Source of the DNA: Felis catus
Taxonomy: Eukaryota
Length of the DNA stretch: 64,000 nucleotides
NCBI RefSeq assembly: GCF_018350175.1
Contig: NC_058368.1
Span: forward strand, 156,986,001 to 157,050,000
Direction of reading: 5' to 3'
Within the stretch, counting starts at the first letter, position 1. Each line of letters opens with the position of its first letter. Positions 61,920 to 64,000 of this stretch are shown here, in pieces. The notes below the pieces were generated by a model. That model did not search any database, was not told the DNA's origin, and saw only the letters and a list, made by a program, of their open reading frames with translations. The translations under genes and the position numbers were made by a program.

Positions 61920-64000
61920 TATGTGAAAATATTTTATAGGCCATTAAGCCATAAAGGATCATAGCATTTTAAGGTATTCTTATAAAGCCGATGAAAACTG
62001 ACACACATAAAAAATCCCATGTTGTTCCTGAGAATTGTTAATATAATTACATTCTTGCTTGTAGAAATAGGGATGAAACAGAGCTGACTCTTATATTCAA
62101 TTACCAAAGATACAGAAATTTACATATTACCTTAGATACATCAAAAATTGCAGAGAAGAAAGAGGAAACAGATATGTCACAATGTTAATGACTTTTGCTC
62201 TATGTAAGTAGTACAATTACAATAAGATTTCTTTTTTCTGTAACTTTTACTTTTCTATATTTTCCCAAATTCTCCTCCATTATCAGGTTTAACATTTATT
62301 ACTTTAAAAGTATGTGAGTTGTGTTTTTAAGAGGATGCTATTTACAGTTTTCAAAATAAGACTTAAAAATTAATAATATAAAAGTAAAAGATATATATCC
62401 AATTGTTTCACTTGAGAAGGGGGAAGGAAACAATAGACCAGTAATTTAGTGTCCTTGGACACAATAGTCACAGACTCTTTCATCCCACAAAAGGGAATGA
62501 AAGAACTCCTAGGTGCCAAACATGTAAGGCCCAGGACCAGCCAGTTGCTGAGGAAATACCACAGACTCCCTCACACAGGCCAGGACAGCCATGGCAAGGT
62601 GAGAAAGGAAGAGCTGGCACAGGTCGGGAGCCCAGGACCCAGCGCTGTTCCAGCTCAAAACTGGAGTCAAAACACAAACCAGGGCAGAAGGCCAGTCATG
62701 TTCTCTAGGGAGTTAGGATGGTTTCCATAACATGGATACCTGAGTGCCCTGTGGATCAGTGTATATACATCCTCTAGGGGAAGACTCAGCTTCAGGCCAT
62801 CAGACCCATTGCAGACTCCATTCAGCAAAGGGGAGGCAGGGCCTACAGCACTATCATGGCTATCACTGGCTCCATTCTGAGCATCCTCGAGCCTGTGCTG
62901 GTTGACCAATATCAAGTCAGCAGGGTCAGGAGAGCCTATCGTCAGGATTCTTTATTAGCTTCCTTGATAATACATTTCTTTCTTTTTTTTTTTTTTTTAA
63001 GTTTTATTGGAGGGGAGAGCTTTCCAATTAAGTCTCTTAGGCCCTACATCAAGAAGTAAGACGTGGTAATTCCTTAGGCATTTGCAAAACGAATGATTCC
63101 TGTGTGTAGGTCTTAAATTTTACTCTGCTCACCATTACAGTATACAATAATATAAACCAAGACAAAATATCCCAGGAAAATATTTTGTTTAAGTTTTAAG
63201 CAGAGGTGGAATACTACTCATACTCTCCCTATTGAATTCAGTTCAGTGACGGGCTATCAAAATGAACATAAATCTGTGTCCTGTTTTTAATCTTAAAAAT
63301 AAAGAACATTAGAGTTTAAAACAGTTTTAGCATATTCCAAACAATGAGTACATTTGATGAACTCTTTCCTCCCAGAAATGCTGCAATATTATGAACTTTG
63401 ATGCAGTGGAACTTTCTTTCTAGTAGCACCGTGTTATTGAATTAGGTCAGTGTTCATACAGTCAGCTCTACTTAATACTAGTAAGTAATGTACATAACTG
63501 TGCTCTACTTTTATTTCTCATTGACTATAATAATCTGACATCCAGGTTTCCTAGAAAACAAAGTTATCTGGATAGACCAGATTTCTAGTTTGGGAGTTTG
63601 TTTTTGAAAATTAGCTGATTCCCCGCAGAAATTAGTATGATGGAATAATTCACTCCGTGAGAACTTCTTTAGTAACTCAGCCAATAATCACTGGATATTT
63701 CACTTTAAAAATTTTCTAAGAATAATCCATGGTTTGACTTGTCTAAAAAGTTTTTCTGACTGTGATACCAATCTATGAAATGCAGCTCTCTAGTATCTTT
63801 CCAGAACTTGACTTTGGTTTTAGTCTCCAGAAACACAGATGGGGCATGTGCAAGTTTAACTGGGCTGATAGTCTATGGTATATATTTTGTTTAAAACTAA
63901 AATATTTATATAAAAATAATATGGATAAGACTTCCATATAAAGTAGATGATGATACATTTTAAACCCGTGACCTTTATTTTAGGTAAGATTATCTCCAGC

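Noticed and set aside
62449..62960. GC-richer block with ORFs on both strands, a Kozak-like cagccATGG followed by AAG|gtgaga (+), and CAG|gtatcc (-)
   Set aside because: No recognisable peptide and weak or conflicting acceptors; cannot be distinguished from an old LTR or chance

Overview
Mammalian genomic DNA from a carnivore, most likely a felid, judged from about 23 tRNA-derived Can-SINE (SINEC_Fc-type) copies and carnivore-type L1 3' UTRs. It is AT-rich, CpG-poor and dominated by repeats: Can-SINEs (many with target-site duplications, TSDs), young and old L1 fragments, MaLR (MLT1) and ERV LTRs, L2, MIR, hAT MITEs (MER5, MER81-like) and microsatellites. I recognise no protein-coding gene, rRNA, true tRNA or CRISPR array. 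The ORF-track entries I could place are SINE-, L1-, L2- or microsatellite-derived, and the rest look like chance ORFs. The most notable items are: (1) a chain of minus-strand AG...GT-bounded candidate exons in unique sequence (54209 to 41474), which may be a spliced lncRNA or 5'UTR, with a possible small spliced ORF; (2) a twin-primed (5'-inverted) L1 with an exact TSD nested in an older L1; (3) a young SINE whose Pol III B-box region is repeated four times, next to a perfect 13-bp palindrome; (4) an ERV LTR carrying three SINE insertions; (5) two good CTCF motif matches. I see no convincing evidence of a novel multi-gene system. Repeat family names are from memory of consensus sequences, and boundaries of old repeats are approximate.
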